A stretch of 64,000 nt of DNA from Parcubacteria group bacterium GW2011_GWC1_36_108 (GTDB taxonomy: Bacteria; Patescibacteriota; Minisyncoccia; Moranbacterales; GWC2-37-73). The stretch is from assembly GCA_000991245.1 (NCBI GenBank), contig LBRD01000006.1:103340-167339 (forward strand), written 5' to 3'. Shown piece by piece: positions 16,986 through 25,728 of the stretch; position 1 is the stretch's first letter; each line of letters opens with the position of its first letter. The notes beneath the pieces were generated by a model that ran no database searches, was not told the DNA's origin, and worked only from the letters and a program-made list of their open reading frames with translations. The translations under genes were made by a program, and so were the position numbers.

Positions 16986-17373
16986 TGATTATTTTCTTAT
17001 TTAAATCGCTTTCCATCTTAAAATATGGAGCATAATCGTTATACGACTTAAAGGCATACAGTTTAAATTTTGCAAAATCCACCTCATTTCCATATAATAA
17101 AATTGAGTTTTTACTTACCTGAAAAAGAAGCAGCGGATTGGCATTGTTCAATATTGATAAGTCGATATTTTTTTTAAGAATCAGGGAAAATTTATTTGTC
17201 AATCGAATTTGTTCGTGAAAGGAAATTTCTTTCATACTTGCAACAGCAACATCCATATCGCTATCATCCCTGTTTTTTCCACTAGCAAAAGAACCAAAAA
17301 CCATAACCAGTTTTAGGCCTGATTTTTTGGCAATTCTTGCAATTTCTAATTTTTGATTATTATCTATTTTCAT
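16969..17373 (-). CDS. Minimal nucleotidyltransferase antitoxin (MntA)
   Basis: LVMVFGSFASGKNRDDSDMDVAV, the GSx9-13DxD NTase motif; 134 aa. Confidence 0.85.
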   Translation of the reverse strand: MKIDNNQKLEIARIAKKSGLKLVMVFGSFASGKNRDDSDMDVAVASMKEISFHEQIRLTNKFSLILKKNIDLSILNNANPLLLFQVSKNSILLYGNEVDFAKFKLYAFKSYNDYAPYFKMESDLNKKIINAYVN

Positions 17374-17440
17374 ATGTATATTATATAGCAGCTAATTGAA
17401 TAATACAACTGCACAGTGCTTATATAACATACAGCATACA

Positions 17441-17472
17441 AAAAATCCCAGCCTTAGCGGCTGGGATTTTTA
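17441..17472. terminator. Stem-loop terminator (atcccagcc ttagcg gctgggat) downstream of ftsZ
   Basis: Perfect 9-bp stem with A-run before and T-run after. Confidence 0.55.
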
Positions 17473-17578
17473 AAGCATCGATTTTTACCTTATGAACTTT
17501 ATAACCTTATAACTTTATTTACCCAGTGAAATCCCAACTACTGTTGGGGTGCGAAGCAATTTCACGGGGTAAACTTTT

Positions 17579-18832
17579 TTACTTCTCCATTTTTCTTCTA
17601 ATAAAAGCCGGGATTTCAAGTTCGTCATCTTCCTCCTCAGCTTTTGTTTCCGAAACAGGATTGATAGTTCGAGGTTGAATTTTATCTTCAATAATCATTC
17701 TAGGTTCAAGAATTTTTTTGACAGGAAATGTTATTGCATCTTTAAGTTCTTCATTTTCCATCTTTTCTTCTTTTTCAGCAATTGTTTCATGCGAGGCTAC
17801 GCCTGCTCTCACTCGATTAAGAAGTGGGTTTTCAACAACGCGATCAGCATCAAAACCTGTGGCCACCACTGTGACGTGAATTTCGCCTTTTTTGACTTGA
17901 TCATCCACCACCGCTCCGAAGATAACTTTAGCATTGGGGTCGACACTTTCTGTGATAATATTGGCAGCTTCATTAATTTCAAGCATTCCAAGATCACTTG
18001 AACCTGAGATATTGAAAAGCACACCTTTAGCACCATCTATCGAAAGTTCGAGCAATGGGCTGTTGATTGCAGCGCGAGCGGCCTCTGCAGCTCTATTTTC
18101 GCCGCTAGCGATGCCGATACCCATCAGAGCCGATCCAGAGTCCTGCATAATTGCGCGCACGTCAGCGAAGTCCACATTAACGATACCGGGTTTAGTAATG
18201 AGGTCGGAAATTCCTTGTACACCTTGTCTTAGAACATCATCCACGATTCTAAAGGCGTTAATAAGGGTTGTTTTTCTATCAATAATTGAAAGCAATTTGT
18301 CATTAGGAATGGTAATAAGCGTGTCAACTCGATCTCGCAGATTTTGCAAACCTTCTTCTCCAAGATTTCTTCGTTGAGCACCTTCAAATGAAAACGGTTT
18401 GGTCACAACAGCAACTGTCAGTGCGCCCAATTCTTTGGCCGTTTCAGCCACCACTGGAGCAGCGCCAGTTCCCGTTCCTCCACCCATACCAGCACAAACA
18501 AAAACCATATCAGCACCTTTAAGCACATCTTGAATTTCATCACGATTTTCTTCAGCTGCTTGCCTTCCAATTTCAGGATTCATTCCCGCACCAAGACCTT
18601 TGGTAAGATTTTTCCCAATATGCACCTTTTCTGAAGCTTTTGAATGATGCAAGGCTTGCGCATCAGTATTGATTGCCACAAATTCGACCCCTTTGATTTT
18701 GGAATCGATCATTCTGCTGATTGCATTGTTTCCAGAGCCTCCAACACCAACAACCTTAATTCGAGCAAATGTTTCAATATCGGGTTTGATTTCTGCCATA
18801 TTTTTACAATAGTTAGCAGCATATGCCGCCAA
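17579..18832 (-). CDS. ftsZ: Cell division GTPase FtsZ
   Basis: [15 protein letters not shown] and [14 protein letters not shown] tubulin/FtsZ signature motifs. The true start may be the internal MAEIKPD. Confidence 0.95.
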   Translation of the reverse strand: MAAYAANYCKNMAEIKPDIETFARIKVVGVGGSGNNAISRMIDSKIKGVEFVAINTDAQALHHSKASEKVHIGKNLTKGLGAGMNPEIGRQAAEENRDEIQDVLKGADMVFVCAGMGGGTGTGAAPVVAETAKELGALTVAVVTKPFSFEGAQRRNLGEEGLQNLRDRVDTLITIPNDKLLSIIDRKTTLINAFRIVDDVLRQGVQGISDLITKPGIVNVDFADVRAIMQDSGSALMGIGIASGENRAAEAARAAINSPLLELSIDGAKGVLFNISGSSDLGMLEINEAANIITESVDPNAKVIFGAVVDDQVKKGEIHVTVVATGFDADRVVENPLLNRVRAGVASHETIAEKEEKMENEELKDAITFPVKKILEPRMIIEDKIQPRTINPVSETKAEEEDDELEIPAFIRRKMEK

Positions 18833-18971
18833 ACAATAAATATAAATTAGAATTTTCTGAATTTGCTTCCTTTTTTATTTTTATTTTTATTGTTGTTTTG
18901 TCAGTTCACTAAGCCTGTTTCAATACCAGTTTTTTCTTAGTTCTTTAATTTATCACAGCTTCGATAGCTAT

Positions 18972-19082
18972 GTCAACCCCGTTAGAAATTTTAAATTCTT
19001 ATTTTTAACCTAAAAACTACACTCATATACAAAAACTATAACCTATAAAAACCTATCTGTAAAAATTTCTAACGGGGTCAAC
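18972..19082. mobile_element. MITE-like element, family M1 copy 2, inserted in the ftsA-ftsZ intergenic region
   Basis: TIRs gtcAACCCCGTTAGAAATTTt ... aAAAATTTCTAACGGGGTcaac; the right end abuts the ftsA stop codon. Confidence 0.5.
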
Positions 19083-20350
19083 TAAGGCAAAAATTTCTTA
19101 ATCCACTGTCTGGCTTTTTCAACACCGTCCCCTGTTCCGCGTTTAAAGATATCCACAGCCTTTGAATTCAAAAAATTCTCATTAGAATAAGTTGCGTTTC
19201 TTTGCTGAGACCACAAGACAAGTCCTGCTGCTGTGGCGAAAGAAGGATCATCAACCTTATCAAGAACACCGCCCAAGCCCAAAGGAAAACCAATTTGTAC
19301 TGGCAAGCCCAAAATTTCTTTTGCAAGATCAGCAGTGTGTGTCATTTTTGCGCCACCACCAACCAACACAGCGCCCGAAGGAAGCAATCCCGCTTTTCCA
19401 ATTAATTTCAATTCCTTTTGCACGAGTAAAAATATTTCTTCGAATCTTGCTTCAATAATTTCTGCAATATGAAAACGAGAAACAACACCTTCTTCTCCTG
19501 AGTCTATTTGCGCAAGGTCAATGCCTTCTTTTTTATTTGTGTCGCGAGAAAGTGCGCTTCCATATTCAAGTTTAATTTTTTCTGCCACATCAATAGAAGT
19601 TCGCAGCCCAATAGCAATGTCGTTTGTGATATGTCCTGCCCCAACTGGGATTATGGCGGTGTGCACAAGGTCGCCTTCTTCATATACAGCCAATGAAGTT
19701 GTTCCGCCTCCGATGTTGATGAGCACAACTCCAAGTTCTTTTTGCTTTTTGCTTAAAACTGCTTTTGCTGCAGCCAATGGTTCAAGCACAAGATCATCAA
19801 TTTCAATGTTTGCTTGATATGCACATTTGCTTATATTTTTAATATGAGAAGAATTGCTTTCAATAACCAAGGCATCAACCTCCAAACGAACACCTTTCAT
19901 CCCAAGCGGATCCTTGATATTGTCTTGATCATCAAGTCTATATTTTTTTGCAAGCACGTGAACAATTTCCCTGTTCATTGGCAATGAAATTATTTGTGCC
20001 TCGGAAATAACCCTGTTAATATCATCTTCCATAACTTCCCCGTCTGCTTTTCCGATTGCTATAACCCCTTTGGAATTTTGAAAACCAATATCCGATCCTC
20101 CAATATTAAAAATTGCTTTTTTAACTTGAACTCCAGCCATATGTTCTGCTTTTTCAACTGATTCATTGACTGCTTTTATAACATCTTCGATGTCAATTAT
20201 AACTCCACGCCTAATTCCGAAAGAGGGAGTTATGCCAACCCCAATAACACGAGGATTTTCCTCGTTTCTAATTTGTTGTGCAATCACAGTACGCACATTT
20301 GTTGAGCCGATATCTATCCCAACAACTACCGAATTATTATCCCTAGCCAT
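19082..20350 (-). CDS. ftsA: Cell division protein FtsA (actin-like ATPase)
   Basis: VVGIDIGSTNVRTVIAQ N-terminal phosphate-1 motif; 422 aa; immediately upstream of ftsZ. Confidence 0.9.
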   Translation of the reverse strand: MARDNNSVVVGIDIGSTNVRTVIAQQIRNEENPRVIGVGITPSFGIRRGVIIDIEDVIKAVNESVEKAEHMAGVQVKKAIFNIGGSDIGFQNSKGVIAIGKADGEVMEDDINRVISEAQIISLPMNREIVHVLAKKYRLDDQDNIKDPLGMKGVRLEVDALVIESNSSHIKNISKCAYQANIEIDDLVLEPLAAAKAVLSKKQKELGVVLINIGGGTTSLAVYEEGDLVHTAIIPVGAGHITNDIAIGLRTSIDVAEKIKLEYGSALSRDTNKKEGIDLAQIDSGEEGVVSRFHIAEIIEARFEEIFLLVQKELKLIGKAGLLPSGAVLVGGGAKMTHTADLAKEILGLPVQIGFPLGLGGVLDKVDDPSFATAAGLVLWSQQRNATYSNENFLNSKAVDIFKRGTGDGVEKARQWIKKFLP

Positions 20351-20392
20351 AATATTAAAAATTTCTAATTTTTCAACACTTAACCTTCATAG

Positions 20393-20523
20393 GACTTACG
20401 CATTTTCTCAACTATTTCTTATTTGGCACGCTTTTGGATGAATACTCAATATCCAAAAGCTCAAAGAGTTGCTGTCGCCAACAATTGGCCAAAAAAGAAA
20501 TGTTTCGAAATGCGTAACTTCTG
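20393..20523. repeat. Dispersed repeat family REP-A copy A (short form) with ~12-bp TIRs ACTTACGCATTT / AAATGCGTAACT
   Basis: Core ttggcacgcttttggatgaat...atccaaaagctcaaagagt.gctgtcgccaacaattggccaaaaaagaaatgtttcgaaa shared with 25369-25560, 32210-32300 and 45950-46136 (inverted); contains hairpin gcttttggat/atccaaaagc. Confidence 0.55.
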
Positions 20524-20579
20524 TTTCAATTCATTATATATGAATTGCCAAATTCTTGCAAAACAATTATTTCTGTGTC

Positions 20580-20966
20580 CTAGTAGTTTGAAATTGTTGC
20601 GGCTAATTCTCTGAAATATGGGTAAAAAATGATTATTCCAACAATAACTGATGCCACCGCCGAAATCAAAACCACCGCTGCCATAAGATCTTTAATCAAT
20701 CTTGCATACGGATGTATTCTTGGTTTCAGAATGTCCACCACTCTTTCAAGCACAGTGTTTGTAAGTTCGGAAATCAAAACCCACATTATCATTAGAAGCA
20801 AAATAACGGCTTCCCAATTTTTAACTTTAAAAACAAAGATAAGACCGAGAACCAAAAATGCAAACAAAAGTTCAATACGAAAATTTTTTTCATGAACCGT
20901 GGCGTATTTAATCCCATCCAAAGCATGTCTCAAACTTCTCTTAAATCGTCTTAATTCTTCATTCAT
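20580..20966 (-). CDS. dgkA: Diacylglycerol/undecaprenol kinase (DgkA family)
   Basis: 128-aa three-TM protein; YATVHEKNFRIEL is close to the DgkA N-terminal amphipathic motif. Confidence 0.65.
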   Translation of the reverse strand: MNEELRRFKRSLRHALDGIKYATVHEKNFRIELLFAFLVLGLIFVFKVKNWEAVILLLMIMWVLISELTNTVLERVVDILKPRIHPYARLIKDLMAAVVLISAVASVIVGIIIFYPYFRELAATISNY

Positions 20967-21024
20967 ATAGATAGCTTCTTAGGCATTAGCTTCTTAGCTA
21001 ATTAGCTTAATTAATTTATAATAA

Positions 21025-21492
21025 TTATTTTTTATTTTTGCTGGTTACTAATTCATCGGCGACTTGTTTTTGGAGTGCGAACATTTTTTTTCCATGCTCA
21101 AAACCCAGCAAATGAAAAATTCCGTGCGCCGTGATATATGTGAGGGCATATTCCAATGACTGTCCATCTTCATTGGCATTACGCTCAATATATTTCGGAC
21201 ACAAAATCAATTCGCCAACAAATACTTCGTTTTCATTTTTTTTCTCACAAAGTTTTTCAGTTGATTCATATTCGCAAAAAGAAAGCACGTCTGTTGGTAA
21301 TTGCTTTTTGCGATATTGGCTGTTCAATTTTTGAATTTCATCTTCGCTAACCAAAGCAACACTAAGTTCCAAAATTTTATTTTCAAGACAGCTCAAATCA
21401 GCCAGCGCAATTGAACGCTGAAAAATACCCATAAATTTTTTCTTAGAAAATTTATAAGTTGTCTTATTATTTACTTCAAGAATAAATTTCAT
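21025..21492 (-). CDS. ybeY: Endoribonuclease YbeY (rRNA maturation factor)
   Basis: PTDVLSF and HGIFHLLGFEH, the H3xH5xH zinc-binding signature of YbeY. Confidence 0.85.
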   Translation of the reverse strand: MKFILEVNNKTTYKFSKKKFMGIFQRSIALADLSCLENKILELSVALVSEDEIQKLNSQYRKKQLPTDVLSFCEYESTEKLCEKKNENEVFVGELILCPKYIERNANEDGQSLEYALTYITAHGIFHLLGFEHGKKMFALQKQVADELVTSKNKK

Positions 21493-21626
21493 TTAAAGCG
21501 ATGGTAAGAAAATTGGAGCGAGGATACTTTTTATTTTTTCACTTAAAACAAGTCTCCTTGGTGTTATGTCAAAAGTTGCAATTGTTTTTCTGTGACAAAA
21601 ATAAAAACGTATCCGAGCGACAATCA

Positions 21627-22088
21627 TCAAACACTTTTTTCAAGTAATTGTTTTGCAATTTCGCGCACAACATTTCCATCAGCTTCTCCTTTCATTTTGC
21701 TCATAGCTTGACCCATAACCTTGCCCAAATCGCCAACACCTGCTGCTTTCGTTTGAGCAATCACCTCGCTAACTATAGCAGTAATGGCTTCTTCGGATAA
21801 TTGCGCGGGAAGGTATGGCATAATAATTTCGAGTTCAATTTTTTCTTTTTCAGCAAGATCAGGCCTGCCGCCATCTTCGAATTGACGAATGCTGTCTTGT
21901 CTTTGTTTGACGGCGCGCGAAATAACTTCCAAAACTTCTGCATCATCAAGACCAGTTTCTCGTTTTTTCTTTTCAATTTCCAAATTTTTAACAGCACTGT
22001 CCAAAAGGCGCAAAGTGTCACGACGAACACTGTCCCCGCTTTTCATCGCGTCTTTAAGATCTGAGATAATTTTTTCTTTAAGTGACAT
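21627..22088 (-). CDS. GatB/YqeY-domain protein
   Basis: MSLKEKIISDLKDAMKSGD...RRDTLRLL matches the YqeY family; start moved to MSLKEK because the upstream part of the ORF is translated from repeat R1. Confidence 0.8.
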   Translation of the reverse strand: MSLKEKIISDLKDAMKSGDSVRRDTLRLLDSAVKNLEIEKKKRETGLDDAEVLEVISRAVKQRQDSIRQFEDGGRPDLAEKEKIELEIIMPYLPAQLSEEAITAIVSEVIAQTKAAGVGDLGKVMGQAMSKMKGEADGNVVREIAKQLLEKSV

Positions 22089-22232
22089 AATACGAATACG
22101 CGAATTTATGCGAATGATACAAATACGCAAATGACGCGAAAGTTTAGTAAAACAATTCTACGAATGATGAAGGATCATTTGCGTAATTCGCATATTCGCG
22201 TATTAGCATACAATTTGCATCATTCGTATTAT
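22081..22232. repeat. Repeat family R1 copy 2 (long form), inverted relative to copy 1
   Basis: Reverse complement shares tatgctaatacgcgaatatgcgaat, ttgcgtcatttgcgtatttg and cattcgcataaattcgcgtattcgta with 296-396. Confidence 0.5.
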
Positions 22233-22238
22233 ATCTTG

Positions 22239-22487
22239 CTACATTTTGCGTTTGATGTTTTTCAAAGCTTCATCGTCAAATTTTCCAAGTTTTTTAAGCT
22301 TATCAATTTCTTTACGAATTTTAACTTTATATAATGCTTCGTCGCGTTTTTCTGTTTTGCTCTTCTCATCATTCTTAAATCTGGTTCGACGAGCACGAAC
22401 AAGCACGCCACTTTGCTGAATTTTACGAGAAAATCTTCGCATTAAGCTTTCTGTCGTTTCTTTATCCTTTTTTTGTACTCCAATCAT
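22239..22487 (-). CDS. rpsU: 30S ribosomal protein S21
   Basis: 82-aa basic protein with LMRRFSRK...GVLVRARRTRF, the S21 pattern. Confidence 0.8.
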   Translation of the reverse strand: MIGVQKKDKETTESLMRRFSRKIQQSGVLVRARRTRFKNDEKSKTEKRDEALYKVKIRKEIDKLKKLGKFDDEALKNIKRKM

Positions 22488-22671
22488 AGAAAAACCTCCT
22501 CTCTATAGTTTATGATTACTTATCTATAACCTATCATATTGTACTGAAAAACTCAAACAAGTCAACCACACGGCTTTCGCCGAAGTTATAAAGTTCATAA
22601 AGTTACAAGTTTATAAAGTAAATACAAAACCTTACAACCTTACGAACTTTAAAAACCTTACGAACCATTTT

Positions 22672-23043
22672 CTACTTCCAGTCAACCTCTAGCGGTCTAA
22701 TTTCTTCGTGGAGCGGGGCTCCGCCAATCAAGTGCAAGTGGATGTGATCCATTTCTTGACCACCGTGTTTGCCAGTGCGAAAAAGCAATTTATACCCATC
22801 TTCGGCAATGTTTAATTCCTTGGCGATGTCTCTGGCAGTAACAATCATTTTTCCCAACAATTCAACATCCGCGGGATCATTAACTTCGTTTATCGATGCA
22901 ATATGTTTTTTGGGAATAATCAAAATATGCACAGGTGCAAGTGGATGAATATCCTTGAAAGCAATAATCTCTTTGTTTTCAAAAACAATTTTCGCATCAA
23001 CCTTTTTTTCAACAATTTTACAAAAAATACAATCTGAATTCAT
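22672..23043 (-). CDS. HIT-family (histidine triad) hydrolase
   Basis: C-terminal QEMDHIHLHLIGG HxHxHxx motif. Start moved to the second in-frame ATG (MNSDCIF); the upstream MLYDICY is read from the start-box repeat. Confidence 0.8.
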   Translation of the reverse strand: MNSDCIFCKIVEKKVDAKIVFENKEIIAFKDIHPLAPVHILIIPKKHIASINEVNDPADVELLGKMIVTARDIAKELNIAEDGYKLLFRTGKHGGQEMDHIHLHLIGGAPLHEEIRPLEVDWK

Positions 23044-23125
23044 GTAGCATATATCATATAGCATGTAACAAAAATACGAGCCCGCATCCCTTGTTATATG
23101 TTATATGTTTTGTGTTATATGATTA
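23041..23125. repeat. Start-box element copy 1: ~85-bp imperfect inverted repeat CATGTAGCATATATCATATAGCATGTAACA-loop-TTGTTATATGTTATATG
   Basis: Related copies at 27428-27524, 35857-35945 and 57640-57700, each abutting a gene start; generates an MLY(D/A/V)(I/T)C(Y/F)M pseudo N-terminus in four ORF calls. Confidence 0.45.
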
Positions 23126-24553
23126 TTCTCCTTCGTGGGAAACAACCACATTGTTTTTTAATATTTTTCTTACCGCAATGATAAGGCGTTCGTGATTGAC
23201 AGTTTCTTGCGTGCCACTGACCATATCTTTCACAATCACTGTTTCATCGAGAGCTTCTTTTTGACCAATGATCAAAGTGATTTCAACACCAAGCCTGTCA
23301 GCCACGCGAAGTTGTGATTTTAATGATCCGCGTCCAAAACTTTCCGCAGTCAAAATTCCATTTTTTTGAAGTTCCGCAAAAACATTCAAACTTTTTTTCT
23401 TTGCCAAATCTCCAAGTTGTGCCAAAAATACTCGAGGCTTCGGTTCGATATACATTTTTGCATGCACGCGCTTCATTTCCTGCACGATTCTGTCCATACC
23501 TATTCCAAATCCAATAGCTGGTGTGTGTTCTCCACCCAATTCTTCAATCAAATGATCATATCGTCCTCCACCACCAAGTGAGTGTTTTTTGCCCTCTTCG
23601 TCGCCAGACCAAATTTCAAAAACTGTTTTAGTATAATAGCTAAGACCCCTAACCAAACGAGGATTAATCACATACGGCAAATCAAGCTCATCCAAATATT
23701 CCAACAAGCTCTTGAAATGAACGCGACATTCGGTGCAAAGTCTGTCTATTGATTGAGGCGCTGTTGTTGCAACTTGAATACATTTGTCTTCCTTGCAATC
23801 CAAAATTCTAAGCGGGTTTATTTCCAATCTTTTTTTGCAATTAAGACAAAGCTTCTGTTTTTTTGATTCAAAATATGCCACCAAAAGTTCTTGATATTCT
23901 TTGCGACATTTTGGACAACCGATCGAGTTAACTTGAAATTGAATATTTTTAATTCCCAAACTTGTAACCACGCGATGAGCCAATTGAATAAGCTGCGCGT
24001 CAAGAATAGGATCTTGTTCTCCAAAAGCATCGAAATTTGCTTGGAAATGTTCTCGATAGCGCCCTTCTTGCGGACGATCATAGCGATACACTGGACCAGT
24101 TGAAAAAAGTTTCACTGGTTTTGAAAGCACGTTCATTCCGTGTTGAATATACGCTCGTCCAAGGCCTGCAGTTAATTCTGGTCTAAGCGCAACTTTGTCT
24201 CCACCTTTGGTAGTAAACATATACATTTCCTTGTCCACGATGTCAGTTCCCTTTCCAATTGAACGAACAAATAAATTGGCATATTCCACAGCCGGCGTGT
24301 CAATACGCTGAAATCCATAGTCAATAGCCACACGCGCGAGCACGCGTCTCAGTTGATTCCAATAGGGCTGATCTCCTGGTAGAAGATCTCGCATACCCCT
24401 TGGTGGTTGCATTAAAATTTCCTCCTGAACCTGCATTTTTTCTTTCAAAACCTTCTTTGCTGTCGGAGCTTTCACTGCTTTTTTTGCGGTTGTTTTTTTA
24501 TCCATTTTTTTTGCAACGCTTTTCTTTATTATTTTATCTTTTACTTTTGCCAT
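23123..24553 (-). CDS. hisS: Histidine--tRNA ligase
   Basis: RGMRDLLPG and YRYDRPQEGRYREHFQ class-II aaRS / HisRS motifs. Start set at MAKVKDK; the first 12 codons of the track ORF are read from the AT-IR repeat. Confidence 0.9.
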   Translation of the reverse strand: MAKVKDKIIKKSVAKKMDKKTTAKKAVKAPTAKKVLKEKMQVQEEILMQPPRGMRDLLPGDQPYWNQLRRVLARVAIDYGFQRIDTPAVEYANLFVRSIGKGTDIVDKEMYMFTTKGGDKVALRPELTAGLGRAYIQHGMNVLSKPVKLFSTGPVYRYDRPQEGRYREHFQANFDAFGEQDPILDAQLIQLAHRVVTSLGIKNIQFQVNSIGCPKCRKEYQELLVAYFESKKQKLCLNCKKRLEINPLRILDCKEDKCIQVATTAPQSIDRLCTECRVHFKSLLEYLDELDLPYVINPRLVRGLSYYTKTVFEIWSGDEEGKKHSLGGGGRYDHLIEELGGEHTPAIGFGIGMDRIVQEMKRVHAKMYIEPKPRVFLAQLGDLAKKKSLNVFAELQKNGILTAESFGRGSLKSQLRVADRLGVEITLIIGQKEALDETVIVKDMVSGTQETVNHERLIIAVRKILKNNVVVSHEGE

Positions 24554-24665
24554 ACAATTACAAAAGTTCATAAAGTTTATAAAGTTCAAATTTTATAAAG
24601 CAAACGCATTCAAATACTTTATAAACCTTAAAAACTTTACGAACCTTTGACTTTCTAAACCATTT
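24549..24665. repeat. AT-rich inverted-repeat spacer, TATAAAGTT family
   Basis: ttcataaagtttataaagttcaaatt...ctttataaaccttaaaaactttacgaacc: tandem tataaagtt words and their complements around a central spacer; same architecture at 17470-17580, 22575-22672, 29655-29828 and 51782-51870. Confidence 0.45.
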
Positions 24666-24729
24666 AGAAAAACGATATATAAAATACAAACTAGAAACAG
24701 ATTATGCAATTAATATTTAAAACTTAAAA

Positions 24730-25362
24730 CTATAGTATTTCTGCTTTTGTGAATGGCCAGGCTCTGATCAGAACTTTTCCGATAACATCATTTTCAGGAA
24801 GAGCACCCCAAGCGCGAGAATCATGAGAAAACTGACGATTATCGCCCAATACAAAATATTCATTATCTTTGATTGTTGTTGTTACAGCTCCGTTAGTTAT
24901 TGATCCTGCGGACAAATAAGCGCGCTCATCAAGCACCAACCCTTCAGGATTTTCATCATTATAAATAGTAACCTTGCCTGCTTCAACTTTCACTTGCTCC
25001 CCTGGAAGTCCGATTACACGCTTAATGAAAAATTGCTTAGGATCACGAGGATAACGAAAAACCACAACATCTCCGCGATTCAATTCTTTGAAAGATCCTA
25101 TTGTAAAAAGATGCATCCCATCAACATTAGCGTTTGTTTCTTTATAGCCCAACTCATTAACTATCAAATAATCGCCGTCTTTAAAATTTGGCTCCATACT
25201 TGCACCTTGCACAAAAAAGGGCTGAAAAAGGAAAACTCTGATTGGAACAATAATGATAAGTGCCCAGAAAAAGACTTTTACCACTTCCCAAAGAAAACTT
25301 CCGACACCATAATACACTTCTTCTTCTGTTTCAATATTATTGTTTATTTTTTCCATATTCAT
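24730..25362 (-). CDS. lepB: Signal peptidase I
   Basis: GASMEPNFKDGD (catalytic Ser box) and KRVIGLPGE (Lys box). Start moved to MNMEK; the first codons of the track ORF come from REP-A copy B. Confidence 0.85.
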   Translation of the reverse strand: MNMEKINNNIETEEEVYYGVGSFLWEVVKVFFWALIIIVPIRVFLFQPFFVQGASMEPNFKDGDYLIVNELGYKETNANVDGMHLFTIGSFKELNRGDVVVFRYPRDPKQFFIKRVIGLPGEQVKVEAGKVTIYNDENPEGLVLDERAYLSAGSITNGAVTTTIKDNEYFVLGDNRQFSHDSRAWGALPENDVIGKVLIRAWPFTKAEIL

Positions 25363-25368
25363 AGGATT

Positions 25369-25560
25369 TACGCTTTTTCTCAACTATTTCTTATTTGGCA
25401 CGCTTTTGGATGAATGTTTACCCCGTCAAATCCAGCAAAGCTGGTGTTCACTGCTGTGAACAATTTGACGGGGCGAGTATCCAAAAGCTCAAAGAGTCGC
25501 TGTCGCCAACAATTGGCCAAAAAAGAAATGTTTCGAAAACAATGATACCACGCATCAGCC
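25369..25560. repeat. REP-A copy B (long form with 53-nt nested hairpin insert ccccgtcaaat...atttgacgggg)
   Basis: Same core as copy A plus the insertion ccccgtcaaatccagcaaagctggtgttcactgctgtgaacaatttgacgggg, a perfect 11-bp stem. Confidence 0.55.
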
Positions 25561-25565
25561 TCAGG

Positions 25566-25677
25566 CGCAAGCCCCGTTAGAAGCCTCTAAAGAGCTATTT
25601 TTTGACATTTTAGCACAATCAAATTAAACAATAAGTTCAATACTATAGAATTTGTGGAAAGCTTCTAACGGGGCAAG
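25566..25677. mobile_element. MITE-like element, family M1 copy 3 (diverged TIR gcaaGCCCCGTTAGAAgc ... gcTTCTAACGGGGCaagc)
   Basis: 18-bp TIRs; interior block agaagcctctaaagagctattttttgacattttagc is duplicated just outside the right TIR (25688-25725), where it forms the likely promoter of the LCP gene. Confidence 0.45.
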
Positions 25678-25728
25678 CCCACTAAATAGAAGCCTCTAAT
25701 ACGCTGTTTTTTGACATTTTAGCCTAAA

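Noticed and set aside
17934-18377. Plus-strand ORFs embedded in ftsZ and ftsA (17934..18377, 19521..19817 and others) and other antisense ORFs inside large genes
   Set aside because: Lie antisense within strongly supported conserved genes; typical shadow ORFs in low-complexity or AT-rich sequence.
20400-20440. Sigma-54 promoter suggested by TGGCACG in every REP-A copy (tttggcacgcttttgga)
   Set aside because: The -12 element would have to be TTGC at fixed spacing from GG; here the sequence is TTGG shifted by one, the GC dinucleotide is missing, and the same sequence lies inside a hairpin arm. Treated as part of the repeat, not a promoter.
20423-20614. ORFs beginning MARFWMN... (20423..20614, 25395..25580, 32187..32402, 45877..46107) and those ending ...AFSQLFLIWHAFG (20166..20441, 24994..25413)
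   Set aside because: All are read straight through copies of the REP-A repeat in the same register; the conservation is DNA repeat identity, not protein conservation.
24553-24589. N-terminal extensions MNFINFMNFCNC (hisS) and MLY(D/A/V)(I/T)C(Y/F)M (HIT, pth, YtoQ-like) as real coding sequence
   Set aside because: Encoded entirely by intergenic repeat elements (the TATAAAGTT and start-box families) and identical across unrelated proteins; downstream in-frame ATGs give conventional N-termini.
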